Made by a program: the position numbers and the translations under genes. Below, in pieces: positions 11,646 through 23,057 of a DNA stretch of 64,000 nt. Each line of letters begins with the position of its first letter. Position 1 is the stretch's first letter. Origin of the DNA: Massalongia carnosa (Eukaryota); the NCBI GenBank assembly GCA_965645245.1, contig OZ287074.1:124001-188000 (forward strand), in the 5' to 3' direction. A model generated the notes under the pieces. It was given only the letters and a program-made list of their open reading frames with translations. It was not told the origin of the DNA and searched no databases.

Positions 11646-12118
11646 TGTCATGAAATCGAACCAACCCGATCCAGAATTAATCCCGCATATAAATCTGACT
11701 AATTCCTAGGAATTGGATTGGGTGATCAAGATGTCTTTATTAATAAGGCTATAGCTAGGTGATGGATTGCTATACAAGATGTCGGACAAGGAGTCAACTA
11801 TCTAATTAATTTGTCCTTCCTTTTATATTTGTCTCGAACCCCTTTGCATAAATATTCGATCAGTGTTCACGTCCCCCTATTAGGAGACGTACGGCACGAA
11901 GGCTTGACGAGTTGATTGACGATAAAAGGTAGAGATGAGGTTCTCCTGTCGTTGGTACGCTTTTATGGTTATGGTACAGCTTTGACCTGAAGCCGTTGAG
12001 AGGGGTCTAAACTCGATTTAGTTAATGGGATTCTGACTAAGCTGAATAGAGGAACGGGAGCTTAGTCAGATTCATCTGCGGGATTGATTCTGGATCGGGT
12101 TGGTTCGATTTCATGACA
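11646..12118. mobile_element. Solo-LTR-like element (473 bp) with 57-bp terminal inverted repeats
   Basis: TG...CA ends, 5-bp TSD GACTA, 57-bp TIR with 3 mismatches; the internal motif CAAGATGTCGGACAAGGAG resembles neighbouring LTRs. Confidence 0.8.
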
Positions 12119-12202
12119 GACTAATAGGCTACATTAGTCAATTAGCCGAAATGTTCTAGGTAGCCGATTGCGCCCACGTTTGACATGGGCGCTTGACGAA
12201 TA

Positions 12203-14702
12203 ATCGTCGGCTCGCTTAGCTCCGTGGATCCGACTAAAATGCGAAAGCATTTTAGTTGGGAAAAGCGGTGCATCCCGGAAAGCGGTGCATCCAGCTAAAA
12301 TCATCAAATTTTCATCTTTTTCACCTTTTACCCTCAATCATCTGGGTTAATCATTAGTTAACGTCAAACAAAGCTTGAAAAACAGTGTCATTATCATAAC
12401 CATCATCAAAATCATCCCCTCGACCCCCCTGATCCCTTCTATTCTCCCAATCCTTCCGGTTCCCCCCATACCCCACATTCTCCTCATCCTCTTCATCCAT
12501 TAAAGATACGAAATCACTTTGCATCTCGATGGAGCCCCTGAAATCTCTCTGCACCCATAATTGTTCATCTATTACAATCGCGGATTCTTCCTCATCAATC
12601 GTAGCATTGATTTTTTCTGGCTTCTTTCTTCGCTTCCTCAGCTATCCACACCTCATTCGTCGCTTTCCATAAGGCCTCGGGGTCGGAAATTGCTTCATTC
12701 AACTCAATCGGTATGGGATTGAGGGTTTTGGACATTTCTTTTAATCGTTTGACTCGATCCCTTTCTGCTTTTCGAGCAGCCATTCCCTTGACGTGAATTT
12801 CGTCTCTTTCCATTCTCTATATCTTCATAAACTTATTGTCCACTCGTTTCTTTTCAGCCTTTTTTTCGTGTTGTAGCTTCACGGTTAAGGCATGCTCCGC
12901 ATCTTCCTTAGTCAGTCCCAATTTCCTGATTCAGGTCTCAGTCGTCTGAGAGAAAATTTTCTACTGTTTAACTGTTGCATTCGTGTCTGTTGCCACATTT
13001 TCAGCCCCGTTTCCTTTAGAATCGAGTTCGAAATAACTTCTTTTGCATTGATAACGAATGAGTCAAATTCCTCAGCCCGAATGGGGTCACTCCATAGCAT
13101 AGATTCCTGAATTTTTGGTCCCCGTTGATAGTCCAATCCATATTCTATGTCGGCTATTTCCCTTGGTTGGATTTGACGAGGTAGGGGGGGTAATGGGAGC
13201 TGGTTATCATTATTCGTCTCGGTCAGAATCTCAGTCAGATTGTTTGGATTGTTGGGATTGAATGTTTTCAGCTGTTGAATACATGCTTTTGGATTAACAG
13301 GCCACATGCCCGACTTTTCAAAGGCATGTCGAATAGTGGATGGTTTGAAGGTATTATTCCTGATTTTGACCAAATCCTTCAGGAATTGCATCAGGGAATA
13401 CTCAATAATTGACTCCAATATAGTCTCTTGAATAGCCACATTATGCCAATGCTTATAGGGTTGAAATACACCCAAATCCAATAGCTATATACTGTGGGTT
13501 AAATGCGGAATTAGTGGATAAGGACGAATATGATTTTTATTAGCCAAAGCAACAAATTCAGGAGTAATATTTCTGCCGTGATTATCCATAAGCAACAATT
13601 TCCAATCCGCATTCGGTCCTGCATCTGAATTCTTGATAAGATGCTTCAGGTATTCAACTTCTATCTTATCAGATGTAAATCCACTGTCCGAAGGCACGAT
13701 ATGCGTGCCCTGTGGCAGAACATCCGAAACCATATGGCCATTATGTCATGACCTTGTATGATGACCATTGGAGGGGGGGGATAGTCGCCGGCAGTATTGA
13801 TTGTCTCGATAATCGTCGCCGATCTACGGTTTTCCGGGCTGACCGCGTAGAATTGTTAAATTTCCATGGGAACAAGAATTTCCTGTCCCCTCATGCACCC
13901 AATGCGGAAGCCAGCTTCATCAAAATTCAGAATATTTGGTCTTTTTCGCATATTCAGTGTTTTCAATGCATGCCTATAATCAGCAAACCATCTGGTCACA
14001 TCCGATTCCTGAGCGGCTTCAAATAGAATCATGGACAATGGTTTTATCTTGATTTTATGCAAATTACTAAGCTTCCACCAATCCCGAAACCATCGTCTTG
14101 ACGGCCCTACATCGAGGAGATTATGAGCTTTTTTCAAGCTTACAATGGCATTAAAAACGATTTGATGCGTAGGTAGAATTCCATGCACCAACAAAGATTG
14201 AATAAAACCATTGATAACATTTGTTACATGATCTCTCAATATCTGATTTTGTCCTCTATTTTTCACTCCCGAACAACGACGAATGGAAGAAGTCAACGTT
14301 TTAACGTTGACGTTGAAAAGTCTAGATGCAGTCATCTTGGTTTCTTTGGGATTTGTCTTCAGAAATTGCTTCGCTTCCTCCATGGGATTGAGAATGGGGG
14401 CGTTACTATCCGTGGAGTGGGTTAAGAATTATGGATAAAAAGGATGATTGAGGACGTATAGAAAAGCTGAATATGCGACAATCCGATGAAATAACTAGTT
14501 TTTTTAGGAATAAATGCTCGGAAGGCTATACTTATCAATATAAGGTTATTAAATCGTCAATAATCAAGGTAGTTATTCAGATGATTGAGGGTAAAAGGTG
14601 AAAAAGATGAAAATTTGATGATTTTGGCTGGATGCACCGCTTTCCCCGACTAAAATGCGAAAGCATTTTAGTCGGATCCACGGAGCTAAGCGAGCCGACG
14701 AT
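12203..14702 (-). mobile_element. Full-length pogo/Fot1-like (Tc1/mariner superfamily) transposon with frameshifted transposase (about 14383 to 12354)
   Basis: TIRs of about 125-140 bp starting ATCGTCGGCTCGCTTAG, TA TSD on both sides; DDD motifs NFDEAGF, LLMDNHG, DLGVFQPYK spread over several ORF fragments. Confidence 0.92.
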
Positions 14703-14881
14703 TAGTCGATCATTTGACCTGTAAACAGCTGCTCTTTGACTATTGATTAACTTTACCTTTCTTTGTCCAATGATGATAATTGCTTTATTGACTCTTTTGT
14801 GTTATTATAAGCATTTGAATCAAATATTTTCATTAATTAACTTGTTGTTTTAGTAACGATTGTAACAAATCTTGCGTATGT

Positions 14882-15237
14882 TGTGGAAGGATGAACTGGG
14901 TGGTGTGCGTGGTCTACTACAGCTAGGAGTGCAAGAGAACAAACAAACAAGAGACGAGCAGAACAATAGAATAAGAACAATAGCTAGACTGATCACTGTA
15001 AGCCTCGCGCCTCGTGCCTGATGCCTCGTGCCTGTGAACTGTATGTGTTGATGCTATATGTTGTAGTTATTGCTACGAGCATGCTTACTCTAAAAGGAAA
15101 AGAACTATCTATAACTAAACTAAAAGAAATACTGTCACCTGACTTCCCGCTATCTTTACCGAGTATCAGCCGAAAAGAACTAACTCCCGAACCGCTAGCA
15201 ATTTGAATTTAGAGTATCACCGCTCCACCCGCCTACA
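14882..15237 (-). mobile_element. Solo LTR, same family as 42392-42694 (opposite orientation)
   Basis: TGT...ACA; extensive reverse-complement identity to 42392-42694; possible 4-bp TSD ATGT. The left boundary is ambiguous by 3 nt. Confidence 0.8.
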
Positions 15238-15568
15238 ATGTCATAATGCACTGCTTTTGTTTCCTTTTCGAGCGCTTGATGCTGCAAGATACGACGATAA
15301 AGACACACCAGTCGAGTAAATTATCAAGATTTGGTTTAAATAATGTTATATAAGTTCTCCCATATTGTCGTCCTCCCTCGCAGAGTCTTCATCTGCTTGA
15401 GAATGTGCCCAGTTTCCTCTTCGTATCATTACTCTATGCACCTGTTCCACCCGATCCAAAAATGAACTCTATTCCTCCTCAAAGCTCAATACGGCCTTGG
15501 GATTGTTGATACCGTATACCAGAACGACTCGCCATCTTTCATTCCCACAGCAGTCTGCCACTCCTTCC

Positions 15569-16055
15569 TGTCACGAAATCAGGTCGAGGGCAAGGGCAAA
15601 GGCAAGGTGGGTTGATGGTCAAGCTTATTGATTGAGTCTATAGCTATGAATCTAGGCTAGGCTAGGTTGGCTATTCAAGACGTTCGACAAAGAATCAGAA
15701 CTTCCATGATTCGACTTCTTTCTTATATCTTTGTCCTCCCATATTCATCTCTCTAGGGTGGCGGCGAATGATGTCTAGTCAGTGCGATGATGAATGAGGG
15801 GCATTATAGCGGCAATAAGCACGATGGGGTCAGCGAGGAGACGGGAGATGTCAAACATCAATGCGAAGCTATTAGACATGATAATAGTCGAAAGACGGAA
15901 ATAAATCATCAATGCGAGGCTGATTAATGATCAGTAATCGGCGAATTCGAAGAATGATATGAGGGTCCCGAAGGCATGGCACGACGTCCGTGAGTAGTCA
16001 TCAGATCAAGGCACGTGATAGAGGCACGTGGTGAGGTCGGAGGCATTTCATGACA
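15569..16055. mobile_element. Solo LTR (about 487 bp) with non-matching flanks
   Basis: TGTCAC...ATGACA; shares CAAGACGTTCGACAA with the LTR at 9202-9546; flanks CTTCC vs AACAC. Confidence 0.7.
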
Positions 16056-16568
16056 AACACATCTAAATAGACGATCCTATAGCGTCGATAACTGGCGAGC
16101 GGGTGACGACCGAGATTTTAAGTAAATTCGGCTTTTCGCCAAAGAATGAGCAAGTTGACGCTATCATGACTTTGGCACAAGATCAAAAGGATCTAATATT
16201 TATCGCCAAGACTGGATTTGGAAAGAGTATTATCTTTCAAGCTATGCGATTAATGTTCTCTTGTCTTAAGATCGCTTTAATTATCATGCCTCTCAAGACC
16301 TTAGAAGCTCAACAGTGCAAGAAGTTGAGCGTTATCGAGGGATGCAAGCCTTTCGTGTTGGACGGTGATAGTAATAATTCTTCTAATTTAAAGTAAATTC
16401 GTGAAAACAATTATACGCATGGTGTGTATTCAAATTATGATTGATTTAAATATAAAAACTTACTCGTTGATATGAATAGTTTTTATTAGCCCAGAGATAG
16501 CGACGTCAAAGCTGTTTAAACAGGAGGTTCTGAGGCATTCAAGTTTTTTCTTGAATTTATGTCTTTTA

Positions 16569-17597
16569 TGTAATGGGCTACGAGACCAGTAAGCTTATCA
16601 CGAGCGACACTGATCTCGAAAGGGGAAATGCTCAGCGTGAGAGGAGGAAGATAGCTACTACGTGCTAGTCTCCGAGAGTATACGTGATCCAAAGAACTAA
16701 TGGATGTGGAAGTGCTTAGACCAAGAGATCTCGTCCGAGACCCAAACGTAGGTTGTTCATAGAATAAAGACTAATTGCTAACGAATACTACAATATTCGT
16801 TCTGATATTTATCCTACTCACCCCAAGCCTATAGCCTTGGGAGCCTTGGAGCCTTAGGAGCCTTGCAAGCCTTGGGAGTCTTGCGAGCATTACAGCCTTG
16901 CAATCCACATCCGACTTTATCGCATTACATCCAACCATCCCTCAGGATCCATCCACGAACTCGGCGTTCGCTGGATCATCTAGTCAGCCTCGAGCAGCCT
17001 TCTAGACCTTCCCTTGCAAGGTAGAACAATTCTACCCCCGGCTAGATCCCTCACTACATGCCTCAGGCTATGTAGCTTCATTTCGCCGTCACCACTACCT
17101 AGTGATGGAAGGTTACCTCCGACTGAATACCTCGCTACACTGCGGACCTGCCTCTAAACACAAGGTCTAGACAACGAGGTCATGTAGGTTCATTCAGCCG
17201 ACATCACTACCAACGTAGTAATAAAGGTTGAAGCTGAAGTTTACACCGGGGAGCCTAGCTCAAGCTGCGTCCAGCGAGCCGTGCCTCCTGCTACCTCTCT
17301 TGAACCCTCAAGAGATCCAGTAGCTCCGAGTAGGCCAGTAGATCCCATATAGAGTTCCTTGGCGTCTCCACAGGAGTCCGCCTACACTCCATGGCAATCT
17401 ACCACCACGGCCTCGACAGGTGTTTGATCTGTAAGTAGTCAAGAACGTGATAACAATAACTCCGAAGTTTCGGGGCAAGATGGCAGTGTGTCAGCCTCGA
17501 CGGCTTATGCGACTTCGTACTACGGCATGGTCCACGCTAGTTAATCCCGCAACCGCCATAGGCGATCACGTATCCCTCTAGCGCCATCCGTATTACA
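16569..17597 (-). repeat. 3' LTR of the Gypsy element
   Basis: Direct repeat of 23058-24086. Confidence 0.95.
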
Positions 17598-17689
17598 ATT
17601 GCCTCCCCTCTAGGACGCGAGCTCCGCCGAGCGTGTAGTAGATAGTAACGACACGTTAGGTGGGTGGTATGATGTGTATGGCAGGCGGT

Positions 17690-17925
17690 GAAAAACCTCC
17701 TTCCTTGTATGATAGCAAGGAGGAAAACCGGCCTCCGAAGTCAATGAAAAACCTCCTAACCCAGTGGGAACTGAGGAGGAAAACCGACTTTATCGAAATC
17801 GATGAAAAACCCTAAAACCCTGATAAGACAACGGGAGAACGTAGGGAAAACCGACTTCTCAAGATCGATGAAAAACCCTTAAACCCTGATAAGATAACGG
17901 GAAAACGAAGGGAAAACCGATCCTA
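17690..17925. repeat. Degenerate tandem repeats (about 55-65 bp) in the Gypsy 3' UTR
   Basis: Recurring TGAAAAACC...GGAAAACCG units, about 4 copies. Confidence 0.6.
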
Positions 17926-17964
17926 GATTCCATAGCAAGTGGCAGGAGAGAAACCCCGAGGCTA

Positions 17965-20900
17965 CTACTTCTTCGCCTTCTTGCTCCGAGTACTGGTAGC
18001 TTGTCGGCCGCGTTTCCTCTTGCCTTGAGGCTTAACAGCCGGCTTAGCCATTGGCGGTGCGGTGTCAATAGGAGGAGAGGTTGCTGTCGGCTTGGTGGGG
18101 TTACCCTCATGGTAGGCTTTGACGATCTTCCGTAAGTGTTTGATCGCTGCCGCCGGTTCCCACGTACTTTCATCCTCTGGATAGCCCTTCCAGGAGACCA
18201 GATAGTAGAGGCCTGGTAGGTGGCCAGCTTCTGACTCCTTGGCATAGACCGCGCTATCCAAAATGCCTTCAACCTCGTATTCCTCATCGTTACCAGCTTC
18301 GAATTCCAGCTGTTCCGCGATCTTCTCGTCCACCCGCCCCTTCCTTGTGGTGTCCTGCTCCAGTAGTGATACATGAAAGACATCATGGATGCGCCACCGC
18401 TTTGGAAGCTCCAGCTTGTAGGCTTGCTTGCCCACTGGTTGCAAGACACGGAATGGCCCAAAGAACTTAGCCTCTAGCTTGCGATTGCGTTTGGTCTTAA
18501 TATATTTGCTGTTCAACCAAACTTTATCGCCAGGTGCATAGCTCCGTGGCTTGGTTCCTTTGTTGTGGGCCTTTGTCTGCCATGCTTGTGCGTGCTGAAG
18601 GTTTTCCTTACAGATAGCCATCAAGTCCTTTAGTTCTGCAGCTAGTTCATTTGCTGACTTGGACCTGGAACGGGGGTCGATGTCTTCCTCATATGAGACA
18701 CGGGGGTGGTAGCCACAGTTGAGCTCGAACGGCGTATGCCCAGTACTCGCGTTTTTCGCATTGTTGTACGCGAACTCAGCCATCGGAAGCAGGCGCGCCC
18801 AGTCGTCTTGTTCGTAGTTGACGAACGCCCTAAGATAGGCTTCCATGGTGCTGTTCTGACGTTCGGTCTGCCCATCGGTCTGTGGATGGAACGCGGTAGA
18901 GAGGCGTCGCTTGATGCCTAAAAAGTAGCACAAGGAAGACCAGAACTTGGAAGTGAAAACTGAGCCGCGGTCGCTGACGATAGAGTCGGGCAAGCCGTGG
19001 TGACGAACTACCACGTCTATGATTACCTCTGCTAGCAATGGCGCAGTGATCGTTGTTAGCACTGGCTCATAGTGCACCATCTTCGTAAGCCGGTCGACGA
19101 TAACCAGGATCGAATCGTAACTGTCGCGCTTCCAATACGCAGATTCAGGCAACCCCGTCACGAAATCCATAGACAAGTCCTTCCAGCGATGAGTTGGCAC
19201 TGGCAGTGACTGTAGGTCTCCGTAAGGCTTGTGTCTGACCGCTTTAGAAGATAAGCAGACGTCGCAACCCTTGACATAGCTCTCAACATCGCGGCGGAGA
19301 GTCTCCCAGAAGTACTTTCTCGCAATGAGTTCTCGCGTCTTTTCGATGCCGAAGTGTCCTGCTAATGGATCATCATGATGCCTACTGATTAGCTCAGTTC
19401 TGAGGATCTCAGGGACATAAGGCAGGCTTTGATAGTGCAAAATCCCCTCGGTGTCTTCCCAACCATCTTTTCCAAGCTTCTCTGCTCTGATCGTCTGAGC
19501 TTGGGTATCTTCCTCCTGCAACTCTTGCAACCTCAACCTCATGCCACCAATGCTGACTTTGTAAGGACCTTCTGAGGTCAAGTCTTGGCGGAGCGTATCC
19601 CAAAACTGACGCAGTTGAGGGAAGACGTGCGTTCCACAGATAATGATGTGGTGTGGAGGGGTGAGATGCTGAGTACTAGTGATACCAGAGATGCTGGCGC
19701 TGGTCAGCGAGGACTGCAGTCGGTGAAGGATTCGAGTATTCTCAGCTCGAAGCACTTCCTCTTCGCCTTGGCTCCTCTGAGGATAGCGAGATAAAGCATC
19801 GGCAGCTCCATTAGCCTTGCCTTGACGATAATCGATGCGGAAATTGTAACGAGAGAGTTCTTGCGCCCAGCGAACCTGGCGGGGGCTTAAACTCTTCGTA
19901 TCCATAAATCGCCGCAGGTTGTTGTGGTCTGTAAGCACGAGGACTTCATGCTTACAACCTTCGAGATAATGCCTCCAATTCTTAAAGGCTTCAACGATGG
20001 CCAGTAGTTCCCCATCGTGAGTTTCGTAACGAGTTTCTGCAGGAATCATTTTCCGAGAAAAATACGCTACTGGGTGCCATTGGCCGGTTTCGATATCCAG
20101 CTGGCTAAGAACGCCACCTATGGCGTAACCCGAGGCGTCCGTCTCAAGTCGGATGTGGCGCTCAGGGTCAAAATGTCGGAGGATCGGTGCTTCAGTGAAC
20201 GCCTGCTTTAATTGGGCAAAGGCTAACTTAGCGGCAGGAGTTAGAAAACAAGATTCTTCCGCTCCGCGCCTCGCCTTTGGGGATGGCCCAGTGTTGGCTA
20301 CCAAGTTTGTTTTAAGCATTGAGGTGAGTGGAGCAGCAATCTTGCTGAACCCCCGGATGAACCGCCGGTAGAAGTTGGCGAATCCCATAAACACCTGGAC
20401 GTCTCGTACTGACTTGGGTTCTGGCCAGTTCGTGACAGCTTCAATCCTTTCCTCTTCCATACGAATTCCTTGGCCAGAGACAACGTAGCCTAGGAAGCGA
20501 ACCTCATCTTGATGAAAACGACACTTCTTTAGATTGGCAAAAAGTCCATTTTTTCGGAGGTTCTCCAAGACCCACTTAACAGCCTCAACATGGCCTTGGC
20601 CTACGTCCTCAGTATAGATCAGGATGTCATCTAAGTATACGATGACAAAGACGTCGAGTTTCTCTGCTAGAATTTTGTTGATATAGCCCTGGAAACTAGC
20701 TGGGGCATTGGAAAGGCCGAAGGGCATAACCTGATACTCGAAGTGACCATATCGAGTCCTGAAGGCCGTCTTCCATTCGTCACCCTCTCGAATTCGCATC
20801 CGATGATACGCGTTCGTGAGATCTAGCTGCGTAAATCGCTTGGCACGGCCTAGTCGATCAAGCGACTCTCCAATCAAGGGTAACGGGTACCGATTCTTGA

Positions 20901-21852
20901 TCGTCAGGGTATTGAGTCCTCGATAATCCACACACAGGCGGAGACTACCGTCCTTCTTGCGGATGAACAGTATAGGAGCACCAGCCGGAGACTGAGAAGG
21001 CCTAATAAAACCGCTGGCTAGATTGGTTTCAATGTAGGTTTTCAGTGTCTCTAGTTCCATAGGACCTAGGCTGTAGATTGGGCCATAAGGTGGCTGCTTA
21101 CCATCTACTAGATCGATAGGATGGTCGTTAAAGCCGGTGTGCTCCGGTAGTTCCGCTGCAGATTCAGGGGAGAAAACGTCAGAGAAGTCGGAATATTCAA
21201 CGGGGATATTGGCCTCCTCGCTCACTAGCGAGGCTACTTGGGCCTGGCGAGAGGCGTGGATCGGCATGGACGATGGCTTGCTTACGGCCATTACATGCAC
21301 CACATATGCCTCATCGTCTCCTCCAAGGACCGTCTCCGCGAACTCTTCCTTATCGATGATCTCCACACGTCTGGTTGTTGGTAAAGCCTCGGCAGCTGTG
21401 TAAGTTCTCCAGGCAAGCTCTCGCTCTGGAAACCGTATATCCACACTGCTGAGTGTAAGAAAAGGCATTCCCAGGACCACCTCCAGGCTAATATTAGCCA
21501 ACAAGAAGGTTTCCTGGAAGAATCGAACCTTCCCTAGCTTATCCTCGACCGAGAACCCTGCGATAACCATACCGAAGGTATCCAGGTGAGATCCATCAAT
21601 CTTCTGCGCCCCAACATCTGTTTCCCTAACACGAAGCCCTAGTTTCGCGGCATAAGCGGGGTGCATTGCATTGACCTCGCTGCCGGAATCTATCAAAGCT
21701 TCTACCTCGTCTTGATCCTTCCTCAAACGGACCGGATATCGAATACAAGGAACCCGCTCAAGATTAGCCTCCTTACTAGTTTCAGTCAAAGGCGCGGAGG
21801 TTGCCAAGACCGATACTAGTTTTTTGAAGCGTCCTTCTTGGACTCGCGACAA
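17965..21852 (-). CDS. pol: Pol polyprotein: protease-RT-RNase H-integrase-chromodomain
   Basis: LIDSGS, YLDD, TDAS...ELLAI...TDH...ADALSR, HHCC plus DDE integrase, GPF, chromodomain YEVEGILD...YLVSWKGY...TWEP. Probably expressed by -1 frameshift at A AAA AAC TAG at the end of gag. Confidence 0.96.
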   Translation of the reverse strand: MSRVQEGRFKKLVSVLATSAPLTETSKEANLERVPCIRYPVRLRKDQDEVEALIDSGSEVNAMHPAYAAKLGLRVRETDVGAQKIDGSHLDTFGMVIAGFSVEDKLGKVRFFQETFLLANISLEVVLGMPFLTLSSVDIRFPERELAWRTYTAAEALPTTRRVEIIDKEEFAETVLGGDDEAYVVHVMAVSKPSSMPIHASRQAQVASLVSEEANIPVEYSDFSDVFSPESAAELPEHTGFNDHPIDLVDGKQPPYGPIYSLGPMELETLKTYIETNLASGFIRPSQSPAGAPILFIRKKDGSLRLCVDYRGLNTLTIKNRYPLPLIGESLDRLGRAKRFTQLDLTNAYHRMRIREGDEWKTAFRTRYGHFEYQVMPFGLSNAPASFQGYINKILAEKLDVFVIVYLDDILIYTEDVGQGHVEAVKWVLENLRKNGLFANLKKCRFHQDEVRFLGYVVSGQGIRMEEERIEAVTNWPEPKSVRDVQVFMGFANFYRRFIRGFSKIAAPLTSMLKTNLVANTGPSPKARRGAEESCFLTPAAKLAFAQLKQAFTEAPILRHFDPERHIRLETDASGYAIGGVLSQLDIETGQWHPVAYFSRKMIPAETRYETHDGELLAIVEAFKNWRHYLEGCKHEVLVLTDHNNLRRFMDTKSLSPRQVRWAQELSRYNFRIDYRQGKANGAADALSRYPQRSQGEEEVLRAENTRILHRLQSSLTSASISGITSTQHLTPPHHIIICGTHVFPQLRQFWDTLRQDLTSEGPYKVSIGGMRLRLQELQEEDTQAQTIRAEKLGKDGWEDTEGILHYQSLPYVPEILRTELISRHHDDPLAGHFGIEKTRELIARKYFWETLRRDVESYVKGCDVCLSSKAVRHKPYGDLQSLPVPTHRWKDLSMDFVTGLPESAYWKRDSYDSILVIVDRLTKMVHYEPVLTTITAPLLAEVIIDVVVRHHGLPDSIVSDRGSVFTSKFWSSLCYFLGIKRRLSTAFHPQTDGQTERQNSTMEAYLRAFVNYEQDDWARLLPMAEFAYNNAKNASTGHTPFELNCGYHPRVSYEEDIDPRSRSKSANELAAELKDLMAICKENLQHAQAWQTKAHNKGTKPRSYAPGDKVWLNSKYIKTKRNRKLEAKFFGPFRVLQPVGKQAYKLELPKRWRIHDVFHVSLLEQDTTRKGRVDEKIAEQLEFEAGNDEEYEVEGILDSAVYAKESEAGHLPGLYYLVSWKGYPEDESTWEPAAAIKHLRKIVKAYHEGNPTKPTATSPPIDTAPPMAKPAVKPQGKRKRGRQATSTRSKKAKK

Positions 21853-22967
21853 GTGCTTGCGTAGTGTCCCTTCTTGTTGCAGTTGAAGCAGGTGATTTGG
21901 GACACGTCCCTGCTGGTGCCATTGGAAGTGTTGGCACCGGTGGCCGGAGTCGACTCCGAGCCTTTCCGATCTCGAGCTTGATCAAGACGTCGCTGCCTTT
22001 TCTTTTCTCTCCGAGCTTTCTTGTCGGCAATCTCGCTGTTCTCTGGGCGCGAGGAGTTTGGTTGCTTCGGACCCGACGTTTTGGGCTTTTCGCTAGGCTC
22101 GTCTCGAGGGTCTCGAGTAGAGGTCTGGGGTTTGGCCACAGTGGCATGAGCGGGCCGGTTTCCATGTGGACAACGCTGATCCATCTCACGAAGGATCGAT
22201 TGCGGCTGCAGGCTAGCTTTTGCCTCAGCATCGATCGCTTTTTCGACCAGCTCCTCCCAACTGTCTAGTTCCCTTCCTCGTTGTTCCATCTGGGCCTTTA
22301 TCGAAGGCTTGAGGCCTTCACGAAAGAACCGAATAAGGTCCGACTCCTCTGGAGCTCCCTCAGCATCAAACTCCAGGAGTATAGATTGCAGATGTTCCAG
22401 GTGAGAAGCCCAATCCTGAACTTCTTCTTGTTGATACTGTGAGTCCCGCTTGATCCTACTCCAGGTTGCGTCCACAAAAGCCCTAGAGTCCCCAAGATTC
22501 TTCCGAAGGAAAGCCTTGAACTCGATCCAAGACAAAGGTCCTACCTCTTCGCCTTGGCTTCGACGTTTGTGCTGGTGCCAACGAAAGCTAATCCGGCCAC
22601 GAAGGAAAGATGCGGCAAAGGGGGTACGGTTAGACCCAGTGGCGCCGGCGGTGTCAAAGTGGTCTTCGCATTGTTGGCAGAAATGGTAACACTCCATATG
22701 GGACTTCCCATAGTAGAGATCCGGGAACCGAGCTTTCAACTGACCTTCTCGGGGGCCTTCATGTCGACTGCCTTGTGCCTGGAGGAACGACTCCATGCAG
22801 AGCTTTGTGATTCTCTGCAGATCTTCCTCGGTGTATTTGGCAGGGCCCGTAGCTTCCTCAGTGCTTGGTGCCGGTGTCTCTTCCGAAGGCCTTGAAATAT
22901 CTTCTGCCTGGGGAGATCTTGTTGGACCTTGCCGAACGTTCCTGCGAGGGCGAGAGCTTGAAGACAT
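21816..22967 (-). CDS. gag: Gag with CCHC zinc knuckle
   Basis: 383-aa ORF with retrotransposon gag motifs (FREGLKPSIK) and CFNCNKKGHYASTC; overlaps pol. Confidence 0.93.
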   Translation of the reverse strand: MSSSSRPRRNVRQGPTRSPQAEDISRPSEETPAPSTEEATGPAKYTEEDLQRITKLCMESFLQAQGSRHEGPREGQLKARFPDLYYGKSHMECYHFCQQCEDHFDTAGATGSNRTPFAASFLRGRISFRWHQHKRRSQGEEVGPLSWIEFKAFLRKNLGDSRAFVDATWSRIKRDSQYQQEEVQDWASHLEHLQSILLEFDAEGAPEESDLIRFFREGLKPSIKAQMEQRGRELDSWEELVEKAIDAEAKASLQPQSILREMDQRCPHGNRPAHATVAKPQTSTRDPRDEPSEKPKTSGPKQPNSSRPENSEIADKKARREKKRQRRLDQARDRKGSESTPATGANTSNGTSRDVSQITCFNCNKKGHYASTCRESKKDASKN

Positions 22968-23057
22968 CGTTTGCGGAGTTCAAGAACAGATGGCTCCACT
23001 AGCTAAGCTTCCTCCAAACGGGCTGGCTGACCCGTAGGGTATGAGAGCAATTAGAAT

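Noticed and set aside
15240..15568. Possible gene fragment between two solo LTRs
   Set aside because: No sustained ORF or recognisable motif.
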